Notes: generated from the letters alone by a model not told the origin. A stretch of DNA of 64,000 bases from Octopus sinensis (GCF_006345805.1 NC_043019.1:20583360-20647359), one strand, 5' to 3'. Positions 25,179-38,990 are shown, counted from the stretch's first letter. Translations and numbers: made by a program.

Positions 25179-26171
25179 ACTGTTATATTTTGCGGAAGCA
25201 TGGGCTGGCTGTACAGTTATAGTTTTTAAATAGTGCTTGAGGGGACAGATGCTACAATATCTCGTTTGCTTCACTGAAAGTGCTTGGAAACCCGAGAAAA
25301 AAAAAACTTGCAAAGCCAGTAGTTTAGCATTATTTCTTTAGAATAAGACAGTGAACTGATAGAATTGTTAGAACGCAGGGCTTAACAGCTTTTCATCTGT
25401 CTTTATGTTCTGAGTTCAAATTCCATCAAGGATGACTTTGCTTTTCATCTTTACAGGGTCAATAAAATATGTACCAGTTGAATACTGGGGGGTCAATGTA
25501 ATCAATTTACCACTTTCCCCTGAAACTGCTGGCCTTATGCCAAAATTTGAAACCAATATTTCTGTAGAGGATCTCAAATATTTTGTGTATAACAAGATAG
25601 CAAGGAATGGAATTACTAACTCTGTTTGAGAGTTACAAAACTAAAGGTACATATAGCTGTGGAATACTCAGCTATAAATAGATAAATGGGTAATTCAAAT
25701 GACTGAACAAGTGGAACACATGATTATTGTGGAAGTATCCTGACCACCCCCACATGACTGAAAGTGGACTCACACATTTCAATAAAGTGAAGAAACTGTG
25801 TGAACTGTCGGTAGTTGATAAGTCGTTGACAGTATTGATTGTTGCTATTGGTTACTGTTTTAGTTTAATATTGTAACTATGTTTGGAGTAGTACAGAGTG
25901 CTTCTGTACAAACATGTTAATTCTGTGAAAGCTTATTCTAGATAACCATATTCAAATGTTTATTTGGGTAATACTATTCTTACCCACTTCTGCACAACTC
26001 CCAACATAATTATTTCAAGCAACAGAAGAGGGATTCATTCATGTGAAGCTTGAAAAGAATGTATGTGTTTGCTCCATTTCCTTAAACTCAGTGTTGTTAC
26101 CATGGTAACTTCATTACCACTCCTTCACAGGATATTTACTCCATACATACACACACACACACACACACATA

Positions 26172-26640
26172 TCAGGTCATCAAGAATGAAATGTCCGATT
26201 TGGAAATGAAAGTTTATTTTACTTCATCTCAACAAAAAAGCAACACTGTTAATCAAAGTATGCACCTAAATTATCAACACAGTTTTGCCATTTTATCAGT
26301 AGCTTATTGATGCTGGCAGCAAAGAATTCTGGAGAGCAAGAGGTGGTGAAATCATGAAAGGCTGCTTTTGCATCTTCTTCAGATTTGAAGTTTTTTCCTT
26401 GCAAAAAGTTGTCTAATGCATGAAAAACATGATAGTCAGTTGGTCCAAGGTCTGGTGAATATGGTGGATGACAGAGTACTTCCAAGTTCAATTCCTGTAA
26501 CTTGAGCAGTGTTCTTTGTGCAACATGTGGTTGAGCATTGTCTTGCAAGAGAATTGGCCTGTCTCTATTGACCAATCACGGTTGTTTAATTGCAAGTTCC
26601 ACTCATCATTTCATCCAATTCATTCACTACCAGCATAAAT
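26172..26640 (-). mobile_element. mariner transposase 3' fragment with terminal repeat
   Basis: ORF 26249..26575: LLQDNAQPH...HPPYSPDLGPTDYHVF...KWQNCVDNLGAYFD (DDD domain with the YSPDL motif). Confidence 0.9.
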
Positions 26641-26699
26641 AAGCTACCGATAAAATGGCAAAATTGGGATGCAAACATCTTAACACACAGCCATGCCTG

Positions 26700-26898
26700 G
26701 TGAATGTATGTGTGTGTGTGTGTGTGTGTGCATGTGTGCATGCGTGTGTGTGTGCATGCGTGTGTGTGCATGTGTGTGTGTGCATGTGTGTGTGTATGTG
26801 TGTGTGTGTGTGTGCATGTGTGTGTGCGCGCGTGCGTGTGTGCGTGCGCATGTGTGTGTGTGCATGCGTGTGTGTGTGCGTGTGAGTGCGTGTATGTA
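26700..26898. repeat. Compound (TG)n/(TGCA)n microsatellite
   Basis: Directly visible; it produces the spurious HT/CV-rich ORFs. Confidence 0.9.
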
Positions 26899-27237
26899 TA
26901 CACCACTCTCTCTCAACTATAACTCTGTATCTCTCATCATAATTTAACCTCTTTTGTCTCATCACCAAGAATCATCCCATTCTGTCTATTGTTGTCAGTC
27001 ATATGAGCTCTTCAGCTCTTTAGTCCCACAAGATGCAAGACCATCTCACTAGTGTTTGTACCATGAAAAAAAGCAGCCAGTCCACTCAACAAAGTGGCTG
27101 GCACAGGAAGGGCATCCAGCCATGGAAACCATTGCAAAATAGAGTGGAGCACCTACTCATCAGACCCTTGCCAAGCCATCTAACCCATACTAGCCTAGAA
27201 AGCAGATGTAAAACACTGATGATGATGGTATACATAC

Positions 27238-27276
<39 letters not shown>

Positions 27277-27336
27277 GTCGCCATGATAGATCATTAGCCA
27301 CTACACACATTTTTTTCTCTCCTTGCTTTTTCTGTG

Positions 27337-27375
27337 TCCCTTTCTGTAGAAGAGCATAGGCTCAAAACGTAAAAG
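27337..27375 (+). ncRNA. Degenerate minimal hammerhead-like motif in a (TA)n-flanked element of about 190 bp
   Basis: CTTT-CTGTAGA-A-GAGC(ATAG)GCTC-AAAA-CG-TA^AAAG. Stems I and II pair and ACGT is palindromic, but core positions deviate (GAAA reads AAAA, consistent with CpG decay). Confidence 0.4.
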
Positions 27376-27489
27376 ACTTTTTCTATTCCTGAGCGTTATA
27401 CTAATACATCTGTTTGTTTTGTACACCACCAGTCTTCGTCTTTTGTTTTTTTTCGTAAACTTTCCCTATATATATATGTGTGTGTGTGT

Positions 27490-27545
<56 letters not shown>

Positions 27546-29368
27546 GCTAAAGGGGCTTTTGAATCACCCAATGTATATGTTTGTATATCCTTTGAACTGC
27601 AGCCATGTTGGGGCACTACATTGAAGTGTTTAGTCACACAAATCAACCCCAGGACTTAATTTTCTTCAAATCTGGTACTTATTCTATTGTTCCTTTTTGC
27701 TAAATTACCAAGTTACAAGGACTTAAACAAACTCAAATGGTGGGACAAATACAAAGACACACACACACACACAAATGACAGGCCTTCACATAGTTTCACT
27801 TGCCTAAGGTACTGCACAATGGCACAAAACCCAAAACGCATGTGGTTCAAAATAAAATGCCAGCAATGAATTTGAACTAGTAACTCTTGACCTTACAATC
27901 CTATCCATTCAGGCAACTTCCTACTGTAACACAATATATACTGTAAGGCGTCTATCTATATCTACCTACCTACCTATCTGGCAAATTAAATAGGTATCTA
28001 CCTACATACCTGCCTGTCTATCTGTCTGTCTGTCTGTCTATCTCTCTCTCTACTATCTACCCACTTATCTACATCTGCTTACATACCTATCTAGCTATCC
28101 AGCACATCTCTGTATATGTTCAAATGGAATTTCACAGGACTGAAACCCAACAGTACATAAGACTCCTTCTTACTTCCACTAAGACCACTACATCTGTTGA
28201 TCTCTTGAAGAGCAGCAGAAAGAAAATCTTCAGAGTCAGACTGTCCTTCTAACAAAGACCATTAGTCCAGACAACCAAATAAAGAATACGAAAATCCTCT
28301 ACCTGTTTTGTTACCCTGTCATTTATTGACAGATTTTTACTGCTAATGTTTGACCTACATTCATGGCTCTCAAAATAATTAATATCCTATTCATAAGCTA
28401 TGCAAAGAAATACTAAATATAAATCTAGCAAAGTTCTCTGGCCTCATACGCACTGCTCAAACATAGTCAGGTTATAATGTGGAACACCAGGTAGTTGGAA
28501 TTTCAACAATCTAAGAACTTTAGGTTGCATCAGCTTTTTAATATCATTCAGCTTTGATACAATTTCTTGTTCTACGACATATATCTTCTTCACTGCTGTT
28601 AATGTTATTATAATTAGTTAGGCAATATTAAATGTGTACAGTGACTTCTTTGTCCATTACACTCTCACAGTGCCTTCTAAAATTACAGATTCTACCAGGC
28701 ATACTTCAATTGTTCTGAGCCTGCCCACCAGCCAACACCTAGTATATTCAGTTTCCCCGTGTTTTATTATTACTACATGTATACAGGAAATCTCATGGTG
28801 TCATATTACACAGCCAGCTCTCTATAGTTTCTATTACAAGGACATAAAATACTTAGAAGGTGTACCATACATAACTTAAGGAGAAATGTAATGGTTTAGT
28901 TGCTGTAGTATGGTGGTTATAGTAGTTTTAGTGGTGGCTGCAGTGATGTGGTGGTCACAGGGGAAGTATTTGATATAGAGCTTAGACTTATAGCCAAAAT
29001 CATCAGCATAGAACTGTGTCCTGGGGTTATTGCTCTAAATATACCAAGTACCTCATTTACCTGACAAAAGTGCAGATAAGAACAGTGAGAGTGTAAACAG
29101 GTGGAGGTGAAGAATTGAATAACCAACTAACTTGTTTACTATCATTTACTTTTTTTTTTTTGTTTTTCATATATCTAGCAGATCTTTCCACTTATTTACA
29201 CGCAAAGAATCTTGAGCATCCTTTGTGTTGATTCTTAAATCAGCCAAACAACAAACAGAAATCCAACAAAAAAGAGTAAACAAGTTGGTGAATCAAGATT
29301 TGGATTGTACCACATCGCAGAACAGGAGAAAGTCTACATCATGTCCCCATTGTAATTTAGGGGTGACA

Positions 29369-29609
29369 GGTTAGATCTAAAGCGGCGAGCTGGCACAAAC
29401 GCTAGCACGCCGGGCGAAATGCTTTGTGGAATTTCGTCCGCCGCTGCGTTCTGAGTTCAAATTCCGCCGAGGTTGACTTTGCCTTTCATCCTTTTGGGGT
29501 CGATAAGTTAAGTACCACTTACGCACTGGGGTCGGTGGAATCGACTTAATCCGTTCGTCTGTCCTTGTTTGTCCCCTCTATGGGTAATAAAGAAATAGGT
29601 TAGATCTAA
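29369..29609 (+). mobile_element. tRNA-derived SINE family S2 monomer with 12-bp TSD GGTTAGATCTAA
   Basis: Head GGCGGCGAGCTGGCA...TTCTGAGTTCAAATTCC, core GAGGTCGACTTTGCCTTTCATCC, tail AAAGAAATAG; TSD at 29369-29380 and 29598-29609. Confidence 0.85.
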
Positions 29610-29820
29610 TCCAGTGTAGCATTGATTAAGACATTTTGAGTCATTCTATGTTGACTCCACAAAATGTGGATGGGCAGTTTAGCGTTTGGAATCTCAACAC
29701 TTTCTGGTATGAGAATGGAATTACCAAAATTAATAAGTAAAAGGTGTGTCACTGCACTGTCTTGAGAGCTTTAGCAGTAATAGATGTGTTGTGTGATACT
29801 ATGCATTTATAACAGTATAC

Positions 29821-30268
29821 CTATTTCTTTACTACCCACAAGGGGCTAAACACAGAGAGGACAAACAAGGACAGACAAACAGATTAAGTCGATTATATCG
29901 ACCCCAGTGCGTAACTGGTACTTAATTTATCGACCCCGAAAGGATGAAAGGCAAAGTCGACCTCGACGGAATTTGAACTCAGAACATAAAGACAGACAAA
30001 ATACCGCTAAGCATTTCGCCCGGTGTGCTAACGTTTCTTATTTCTTTATTGCCCACAAGGGTCTAAACATAGAGAGGACAAACAAGGACAGATAAATGGA
30101 TTAAGTCGATTATATCGACCCCAGTGCGTAACTGGTACTTAATTTATCGACCCCGAAAGGATGAAAGGCAAAGTTGATCTCGGTGGAATTTGAACTCAGA
30201 ATGTATCAGCAGGCGAAATACTGCAAAGCATTTCGTCCAGCGTGCTAACGACTGCCAGCTCACCGCCT
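29821..30268 (-). mobile_element. SINE S2 tandem dimer
   Basis: Two bodies in tandem joined at aaagaaataag|aaacgttagc. Confidence 0.8.
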
Positions 30269-32089
30269 TTTTTAACAACATACCACTGTGACAATGTCTC
30301 AGTAGTAACAATATACTTCTGTGACAGTGCTTTAATAGTATTGGTAGTGACATTATTGCTGTGACAATGCTTTATTAGTGATATTGATGACACAAGGCCA
30401 GCAATTTTGCGGGAGGGGTAAGTTGATTACATCAACCCCAGGCTCAACTTGAACTTATTTTATCCACCTTGGAAGGATAAAAAGCAAAGTTGATATCTTA
30501 GCAGGATTTGAACTCAGAATGTAAAAATGAACAAAATATTATGTATTTCGCTTGACATGATTTTACCAGCTTGCTGCCTTACACTTTATTAGTAATATCA
30601 TGACTGTGTACTGCTGTGATGATGCTTCATCAATCAATAGTAATTGTCTGACACTGCTACTGGTATGACATCACTTCTGTGTCGGTAACAGTGTAACACT
30701 GTACTGCTGTTATAGTGTCTTGGTTGTACAGAATTGGATTGGTTTTTCAAAAATGGCAGGCTAATTTCATGTCTCATAGCTTCTTTCCTCTTGGAGTGGC
30801 ATGGCTGAGTGTTTAAGAAATCTGTTTCACAACAACATAGTTTTAAGAACTATCTCACTGCATAGCATCTTGGACAAACATAATCTGCTTGGGTCCACCA
30901 AATCTTTTAGTATCAAATTTCCTAAGGGTGACTTGGCTGAATAAAATGCTTTGTGCTGTTTGTTCTGGCTTTCAGCATTCTGAGTTCAAATCCTGCCATG
31001 ATCAACTTTGCCTTTCATCCTTTCTCAGGGTCAATAAAAATGTACCAGTTCAGGGTGGTGGGTTGGCAGAAGTGCAAGAAAGTCAAACCAGAAGGTCTTG
31101 CAGTTACTGATCAGGTTCTTTCTTTTCTGACAGCAACACCTGCAATAACACTAGTGTCAAACTGTATCACCCTTAAATCAGAGGCCTTTCCCTTGGATTA
31201 AAAACTGCCAGTGTTTCTCAAAAAAAATCTAGCTCACACATGTAAAAAGGCAGGGTCAGCTATCACCAATGAAGGCCTTTACAGATGAAACTGCTTGGAA
31301 GTCTGTTGATGAACAATTCCTGTTTCAAGAGATGGGGTCTTTATCCATTCCCCAGTTTAACACCACCGCTTGGGCAAGGGGTGACTATGTTTGCAGATAT
31401 TTGGCCCAGCTCTCTGGTTTGAAAAACAACTTCCTATCTTGTTCTCACCAGTCTTGGAGGTGCTAAATCAGGTGAAGGGCACTGTCCCTCCACCTCTGAT
31501 TAAGCTGTAAGCCTCTCTCCCCCAACATCGGCATCAGTAAAATACTGTTGAAAACAGACCACTACATGATATACACCAAATATCAAGTCAGGACCAATTC
31601 CACATCATCTAGGAAACCACATAATCCAGCACTACCTGCTTACAATTGAGTGGCATATTCCCCATTTTTTTTAGGTGGGGGTAGCCACAGCAAGACATAC
31701 ACCAGGTATTCCATTTATTTCCCAGATTCAAGGGGCAAGAACCGTTTTATTATTAATTTCAAGAAAATTGTCTCATTAAATTTCTAAGATTTCAGAATTT
31801 TATCTAACAAGTACCTAGCCATTTAAAGCAAGGCTTTAGAGTAGGAGGTTGGGATGTGGCTTCATCTGCTAAGCTTATCAGGAGTGGCCCCTTAGGCGAT
31901 GGGGATGTCAACAGTTTGTTTGATGATTCTAAGTGTTGGCAGTGGCATTGCCACCATTGACCGTAGATGAAAAGTAGTTACAATTAAAGTAGACATTTAT
32001 TGAAATAATAAAAATGCTTATTTTGGTTATCAGCACTTTGTTTTCTCCTTCAAGCTCAAATTGTCTTACTTAGTAAGCGATTGTGGTGG

Positions 32090-32420
32090 GGACGCTGGCA
32101 ACGGGTAGTGTCAGAGCTATACCGTCGGGAACTTCGGTTCCTGGTAGGGCCACCCAAGGCGGATTGATCTGACACCGAGTGGTATTAGGGCCACAAACCG
32201 GCAGACGGGGCTCTGGTGAAAATCCTTGGAGTGTCTGCTTCGGCAACCGGCAGCTCCTCGGTCATTCTGTCCCTGCATCTGCGGACAATCTGCAGCAAAC
32301 ATGATGTCTCCACATGAGGGATTGTTGGGGACCGCTTATGAAATTCACATTTTCCCACGAAACTTCTTCCATGAATAGAAGAAGCCAACTCAACCTGCCC
32401 AGGGTGAATGTCGCCACAAG
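32090..32420. mobile_element. GC-rich degraded LINE fragment
   Basis: GC/CpG-rich island whose right end (gaagcc...ccc.gggtgaatg) resembles the tail of the RTE fragment at 4107-4136. The clade of the remainder is unclear. Confidence 0.4.
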
Positions 32421-32989
32421 TTGATAATTTGTCATTACTTTTCACTATAATTATATTTATTAAAAATACTTCCTATTGAGATCCATATATGAATTTTTTT
32501 ATGTGAGTTGTGACTAAGTAGGGCAATAGTTGGAGAAAATTTCAAAATAATTTATATCTTTTGACCAATGAAATGTCAAAAATTAGGTCAACCTTTTTAT
32601 TGTTATTGTAAGGAAAAAAATACTCTAAACAAAAGCTGTAGATCTATTTAAATGCTTTAAAATGAAAAAAAAAAAAAAAATTGAGCTTTCTAGCTCAAAT
32701 AGTGGCTGAGATATGACTTCTCAAAGCTATTGAGAAACTGAAAAAATGTCACTTTTTTTTTAAATTTCAAATGGTCATAACTCAGCAAATATTAGAGTTA
32801 GGTAAAAAAAAAAATATTTCATGTTTATAGGTTTTATATGAAAGCCATTTAGCATGCAAAGTTAGAAAGAAATTGGTTTCGGTCACCTTCAATTTTTTAA
32901 AAAACTGCATTGATTTTGTACGGAATTACTGCATTGATTTTGTACGGAATTATCCAAAAGTTAAAAACAGTTGGCACCATACTAAAAGA

Positions 32990-33190
32990 AAACAAGGCAG
33001 TAACAGCAGCAAAAATGTTATCTTGCAATTTGGTGCCTGGAGAAGTATCCATGCTGCCAACAGGCTTCAGGCGCACTGGACTGATGAGCTACTTAAGTCA
33101 TTAGGAGTCTGGTTTAGTTTGAACCTTCAAGTGGATAGGAATTCAGATGAGGTTACCAACAGGGTTAACAGTCCCACCAAGAAATGAACT
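32990..33190 (+). mobile_element. L1/Tx1-like LINE RT C-terminal fragment
   Basis: LQFGAWR...WTDELLKSLGVWFSLNLQVDRN.DEV resembles the W.D.PVK.LG.WF segment of Tx1-like RTs. Confidence 0.5.
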
Positions 33191-33781
33191 AAGAGAAAGC
33201 TATATCCTTAAAAGGTCTGTCAGAGGAGGCAACCACATATACTGGCTTCAAATTTTGGGAAAGGGCCTAATCATTGATTACATTGATCCCAGTGCTCAGC
33301 TGGTACTTAATTTATCCATCCCAAAAGGATGAAAGGCAAAGTTGACCTCAGCAGAATTTGAACTCAGAATGTAAAGCCAGACGAAATGCTACTAAGCATT
33401 TTTGCCCAGCATGCTTAATGATTCTGCCAGCTTGCCACCTTCAGGCAACCACATACATTATCTACATTATATAATTACTACCTAAATGTCATGCCATATT
33501 ATTTCTGTCTCGCCAGATTAAACTGTCCGATATTTCTTCCCTGTGGAAGGGATGCTTTCCACTAGCCAAGCAGTTCATCTGTCCTCTGCACTGTGGCCAA
33601 TCCAGTGTAAACCTACATTAAAGATCTTCAACAATGATCAGGTGCAGTTGACTATTGTCAAATATGTTTTTCTTTTGCTGCTCTCTTTGTCAGGATCAAC
33701 CGAAGCTCAAAACAGAATACTTAGCATATAGAATGTTGTCTGGCCCTAACAGCCCTCTGCTAGTTAGGCAATGCAGTCGGT

Positions 33782-34086
33782 TGTTGTTTGTTCCTTCTCG
33801 AGCCATGCCTGGCTCATAAGGGCCGGTTTCCCGGTTTCTTGGCGTATAGGTTCCCCACCTGGACGGGACTCCGGTCCGTCGCAGGTGAGCTGCAAGATGC
33901 AGGAGGAAAGAGTGAGAGAAAGTTGTGGCAAAAGAGTCAGCAGAAGTTCACCATTACCTTCTGTCAGAGCCGCGTGGAGCTTAGGTGTTTTCGCTCATAA
34001 ACACACACATCGCTCGGTCTGCGATTTGAACCCGCGATCCCTCAACTGCGAGTCCGCTGCTCTAACCACTAGGCCATGTGTCTCCA
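33782..34086 (-). mobile_element. SINE family S3, tail type 3, flanked by a 74-bp direct repeat
   Basis: Same head and core, with a third tail ending in (AAC)n. Repeats at 33708-33781 and 34087-34160 differ at 2 positions. Confidence 0.8.
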
Positions 34087-34710
34087 CAAAACAGAATACT
34101 TAGCATATAGAATGTTGTCTGGCCCTAACGGCCCTCTGCTAGTTAGGCAAAGCAGTCGGTGAAACATTAACATTAGGTTTCCATAGAGGAGTAATGGTAA
34201 AGTAGAGTAGTGACATTCTTGCAGAAACTCTGCACATCAATAAGATTTAACTGGCTGTTATTTCTAGAGCATCAGTGTCACACATGAATGAAACAACGAA
34301 GGAGCTTCAATGTGTTCACTGGACATGCTAGAAATAACAGTTATATCTCCCTCAAATCACACCCTAATGTGATAAAAAAAAAAGGGGGTAGGGAGAAGAT
34401 AATGGATGATGCAGTCCAAGAGAAATTAAATCCTAATAAAACAGATTGAATGATCATAGCTAAAGAGCATTTGATCATAAAGAACAAACCTGGAACTAAA
34501 CCACATTTTAACATTCACTTTTCCATGTCTGTATGGATCAGACAGAGTTTATTGAGGCAGATTTTCTAGGGCCTGATGCCCTTCCTGTAGCTAACCCTCA
34601 CCTATTTCCAAACAAAGTAATATTGTCTATAGTCAGGCATATTTTTGTAAAATATTCAAAATGAATAACACTTCTTGTATGACTGTGACACTCATTCACA
34701 ACTATCATGT

Positions 34711-36132
34711 GATGTCAAGGCAAAGATACCCACATACACACCTACATGTGTGAGTGCATCTATGTCTGTATGGATATCAAGGCAAAGATACCCACATACA
34801 CACCTACATGTGGGAGTGCATCTATGTCTGTATGGATATCAAGGCAAAGATACCCACATACACACCTACATGTGTGAGTGCATCTTGTATGTTTAGGATA
34901 TCAAGCAAAGAATAACCCACATACACACCTACATTGTGAGTGCATCTATGTCTGTATGGATATCAAGGCAAAGATACCCACATACACACCTACATGTTTT
35001 AGTGCATCTATGTCTGTATGGATATCAAGGCAAAGATACCCACATACACACCTACATGTGGGAGTGCATCTATGTCTGTATGGATATCAAGGCAAAGATA
35101 CCCACATACACACCTACATGTGTGTGTGCATCTATGTCTGTATGGATATCAAGGCAAAGATACCCACATACACACCTACATGTGTGAGTGCATATATGTC
35201 TGTATGGATATCAAGGCAAAGATACCCACATACACACCTACATGTTTTAGTGCATCTATGTCTGTATGGATATCAAGGCAAAGATACCCACATACACACC
35301 TACATGTGGGAGTGCATCTATGTCTGTATGGATATCAAGGCAAAGATACCCACATACACACCTACATGTGTGTGTGCATCTATGTCTGTATGGATATCAA
35401 GGCAAAGATACCCACATACACACCTACATGTGTGAGTGCATATATGTCTGTATGGATATCAAGGCAAAGATACCCACATACACGCCTACATGTGTGAGTG
35501 CATCTATGTCTGTATGGATATCAAGGCAAAGATACCCACATACACACCTACATGTGGGAGTGCATCTATGTCTGTATGGATATCAAGGCAAAGATACCCA
35601 CATACACACCTACATGTGTGTGTGCATCTATGTCTGTATGGATATCAAGGCAAAGATACCCACATACACGCCTACATGTGTGAGTGCATCTATGTATGTA
35701 TGGATATCAAGGCAAAGATACCCACATACACACCTACATGTGGGAGTGCATCTATGTCTGTATGGATATCAAGGCAAAGATACCCACATACACACCTACA
35801 TGTGTGTGTGCATCTATGTCTGTATGGATATCAAGGCAAAGATACCCACATACACGCCTACATGTGTGAGTGCATCTATGTATGTATGGATATCAAGGCA
35901 AAGATACCCACATACACACCTACATGTGTGAGTGCGTCTATGTCTGTATGGATATCAAGGCAAAGATACCCACATACACACCTACATGTGTGAGTGCGTC
36001 TATGTCTGTATGGATATCAAGGCAAAGATACCCACATACACACCTACATGTGTGAGTGCGTCTATGTCTGTATGGATATCAAGGCAAAGATACCCACATA
36101 CACACCTACATGTGTGAGTGCATATATGTCTG
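34711..36132. repeat. 62-bp minisatellite, 23 units, with higher-order structure
   Basis: Unit atcaaggcaaagatacccacatacacacctacatgtgtgagtgcatctatgtctgtatggat; tcaag starts every 62 bp from 34715 to 36079; last unit truncated. Confidence 0.97.
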
Positions 36133-36494
36133 ATGGGGAATTTTTCCATCTGATTGATCCACAATTTCCATAAAGGATTTTTTATTTATTTAGTTCTGAA
36201 GCCGACATTTGCTTTGAAGTCAGTTAGAAAGGTGCAAAGTGAAAGACACATTCACACACGCGTGCACATACCCATTGACTTTCATGTCTATCAGTTGAAT
36301 AGTGAAACACACGCTCACACAATGTATGAATGTATAAACATGCATATGAAAGGTAGTGGGTGTTTAAGTTTATGTATTTGTATTCACTTACACACAGGCA
36401 TACACCCATTCTCTCATATACACACATCTTTTTTTGCATGTACGTATATGTATGCATATGCACATGTATTTTTGTATATGTGTGTGCAGTGGTG

Positions 36495-36529
<35 letters not shown>

Positions 36530-37339
36530 AAGTATATGCATGTATGTGTATGTACCCTCTGTACCAGTCAGCAGCTGAGTACATTTCTCATTCACGTCAC
36601 CATTTTTGTTTTTTTGTTTCTCAGTATACTAAAAATCGGTTACCTTTTTTACAATTATATGTGTGTGTGTGAGAATACAACTGCACACACACACACACAC
36701 ATGTACATCCATTATCTTTCGTATACACGTACGTACATAAATGATGGGTACATTGGGCTTCGTATATTTGTACCCAAGTGTCACTTTGATGGCATGTGCT
36801 GCATTCTCACTCAATAATAATAATAATCCTTTCTACTAGAGGCACAAGGCCTGTAAATTTGGGGAAAGGGATAGTCGATAAAAGATGGGCTACAGCAAAT
36901 ATTCTGCTCAATACCACAGATTTGCTTGTCAGTTGCTTGACCGTAACCAGTTGACCATGTCCCTTAGTGGCTGACGATATGTGCATCTCTGACCATGAGC
37001 AGAAGTAGTGGGGGAGCATCATAGCCATGTGTTGAAAGGAATTCTTTGGGGTTTGAATAATTCCCCTGTGGAAACATGGGTGTTTCGTTCATCATCTTTA
37101 AACAAACCTTATTCAGGGACCTTTTGAGCAGTATGGGCTACTCGACCAGAAGAAAATTCTAACTGGGCCCCACCTGCAAGGTCATGTGCTGTTTATCTTG
37201 ATAGGAGATCACCATGTCGTGCACATATGGTTGTGATGCATGTGCCTAGTGTACCTTTATCAGATGAGTAGTCATGATGGGTATACTGGGCTTCGAATAT
37301 TTGTACCCCAGTGTCTCTTAGATGGCACGTGCTCAAACC

Positions 37340-38165
37340 TAGCATTGATGCAAAAAACATCAAACAAAAAGCAAAGAAGGCTTGCATGAATAATATCGAA
37401 GACAACTAGAAAGGCAAACTACCGCACGGAAAATACCCTAGTCACCTGTCCAAACCAGATATTGATCAAAATCTAACACACCAATGGTTATAAAAGACAG
37501 GGGAAACAGAAAGTTTTGTTATTGCAGTGCAAGATCAGAGCTTACCTACCATAAACTACCATGCAAACGTCCTTAAAGATGCATCTGACTCCTCGTGCAG
37601 AATTTGTGGGAAAATTCAGAGACAATTGATCATGCTGTTTCTGGCTGCCCAGTCCTCGCTGAAAAGGAGTGTCTCATAAGACATGACAGACTAGGGCAGT
37701 ACATACACTGGAATGCTTGTAAATACTACAAAATTAAATCCCATGATAAGTGGTACAGGCACCATCCAGAGGATGTAGTAAATAGCGAGGGCGTCACCAT
37801 CCTTTGGAACTTTCCAATTCAAACAGACAGAAAATTGACTCCAATCGGCCAGACATTGTGGTCAAGGACTACAACAGAGAAACTTGTCTGTTAATAGATA
37901 TGTCTGTCCCACAAGATCAAAATGTCTCAAGGAAGAAATACGAAAAGCTTTGTCACTATAAAGATCTGCAAATCGAAATCACAGAAATGTGGAAGCTTAG
38001 TACTACGATAACACCAGTAGTAATTGGTGCGTTGGGAATAATAAATAAGGGAGCTGAAAATTATACTAAGCAGCTCCCTGGTAACTCTAATCTCTGTGAA
38101 TTACAAATGATAACCTTGATGGGTACAACTCATATAGTACGGAAAACACTCTCCGTCTAAAATGA
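37340..38165 (+). mobile_element. R4/Dong-type LINE 3' end (CCHC knuckle plus restriction-like endonuclease), frameshifted
   Basis: CRIC..SETIDHAVSGCP...RHD...HW, then NRPDIVVKD...LLIDMSVP...EK...YKDL (PD..D RLE motif) in ORFs 37595 and 37804. Confidence 0.85.
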
Positions 38166-38599
38166 AATAAATGTGATGACAATTTTTGGCATGCATAGCA
38201 AAACAAAAGTGTCTCTGCTACTATTGATCTCCGGAGAATGCCCGGTACTAAGTTTCGCACTGGAGTCGATGTAATCGACTTCATACCTATGTCTGTCCTT
38301 GTTTGTACCCTCTATGTTTAGCCCCTTGTGGGTAATAAAGAAATAGGTACTAAGGCAGCTGGAATAAAGTTATAACGAAAGGAAACCATAAATAATAATA
38401 ATAATACCTATCTCTCTATTTATGTATGTAACTATTTATATATATATCAGGTAAATGACTTAAAGTAAAATATTGATATAGCTTTTGTTTTATCGTTACA
38501 GTGTGAGATACAACTTCTTGTACGAGTTGTACATAGAAATACATCGAAAAGCAATGAATTCTGCAGAATGAATGAGGATGATGGTAACCATGATGACTG

Positions 38600-38990
38600 T
38601 TATTACTCGTGAGTGCACCAAACTACAGCTGAAGAAACTTCCGCTGTGCAAGTTGTGTGTGCACTTGTGCATTATTATGTACCAAATAAACATCAGGGAA
38701 AATGGTTTACGGACCTGATAGATAGATAGATTGATAGATAGATCAAGGAGTGTGAGCGTCGTGTGTCTGGTGTTATATAATGTGTTTGTCATTTGACTGC
38801 GGCCATGAGGGTACACACATGTGGGTGAGTGTATGCATAATTCTTAGAAGTTGGTTGTTATGGCCGGTCTGAGAGTGACCGTTGGTTTCACATCTATAAA
38901 GCGCTTAGCCGTATAGGCGACTCGAAAGTCTCAAATGCCCGAATGCGCAAAACCTCTCTCTCTCTATATATATATATATCAATATATATA

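Noticed and set aside
26586-26968. His/Thr- and Cys/Val-rich ORFs (also at 4905, 5211, 39107, 63558)
   Set aside because: Products of (CA)n/(TA)n/(TG)n microsatellites.
34675-36117. Long overlapping ORFs (up to 221 aa) with repeating MDIKAKIPTYTPTC
   Set aside because: They are translations of the 62-bp satellite. The unit is not a multiple of 3, and there are no splice or coding signals.
34711-36132. Possible CRISPR array
   Set aside because: Head-to-tail units with no unique spacers, in eukaryotic DNA with no cas genes.
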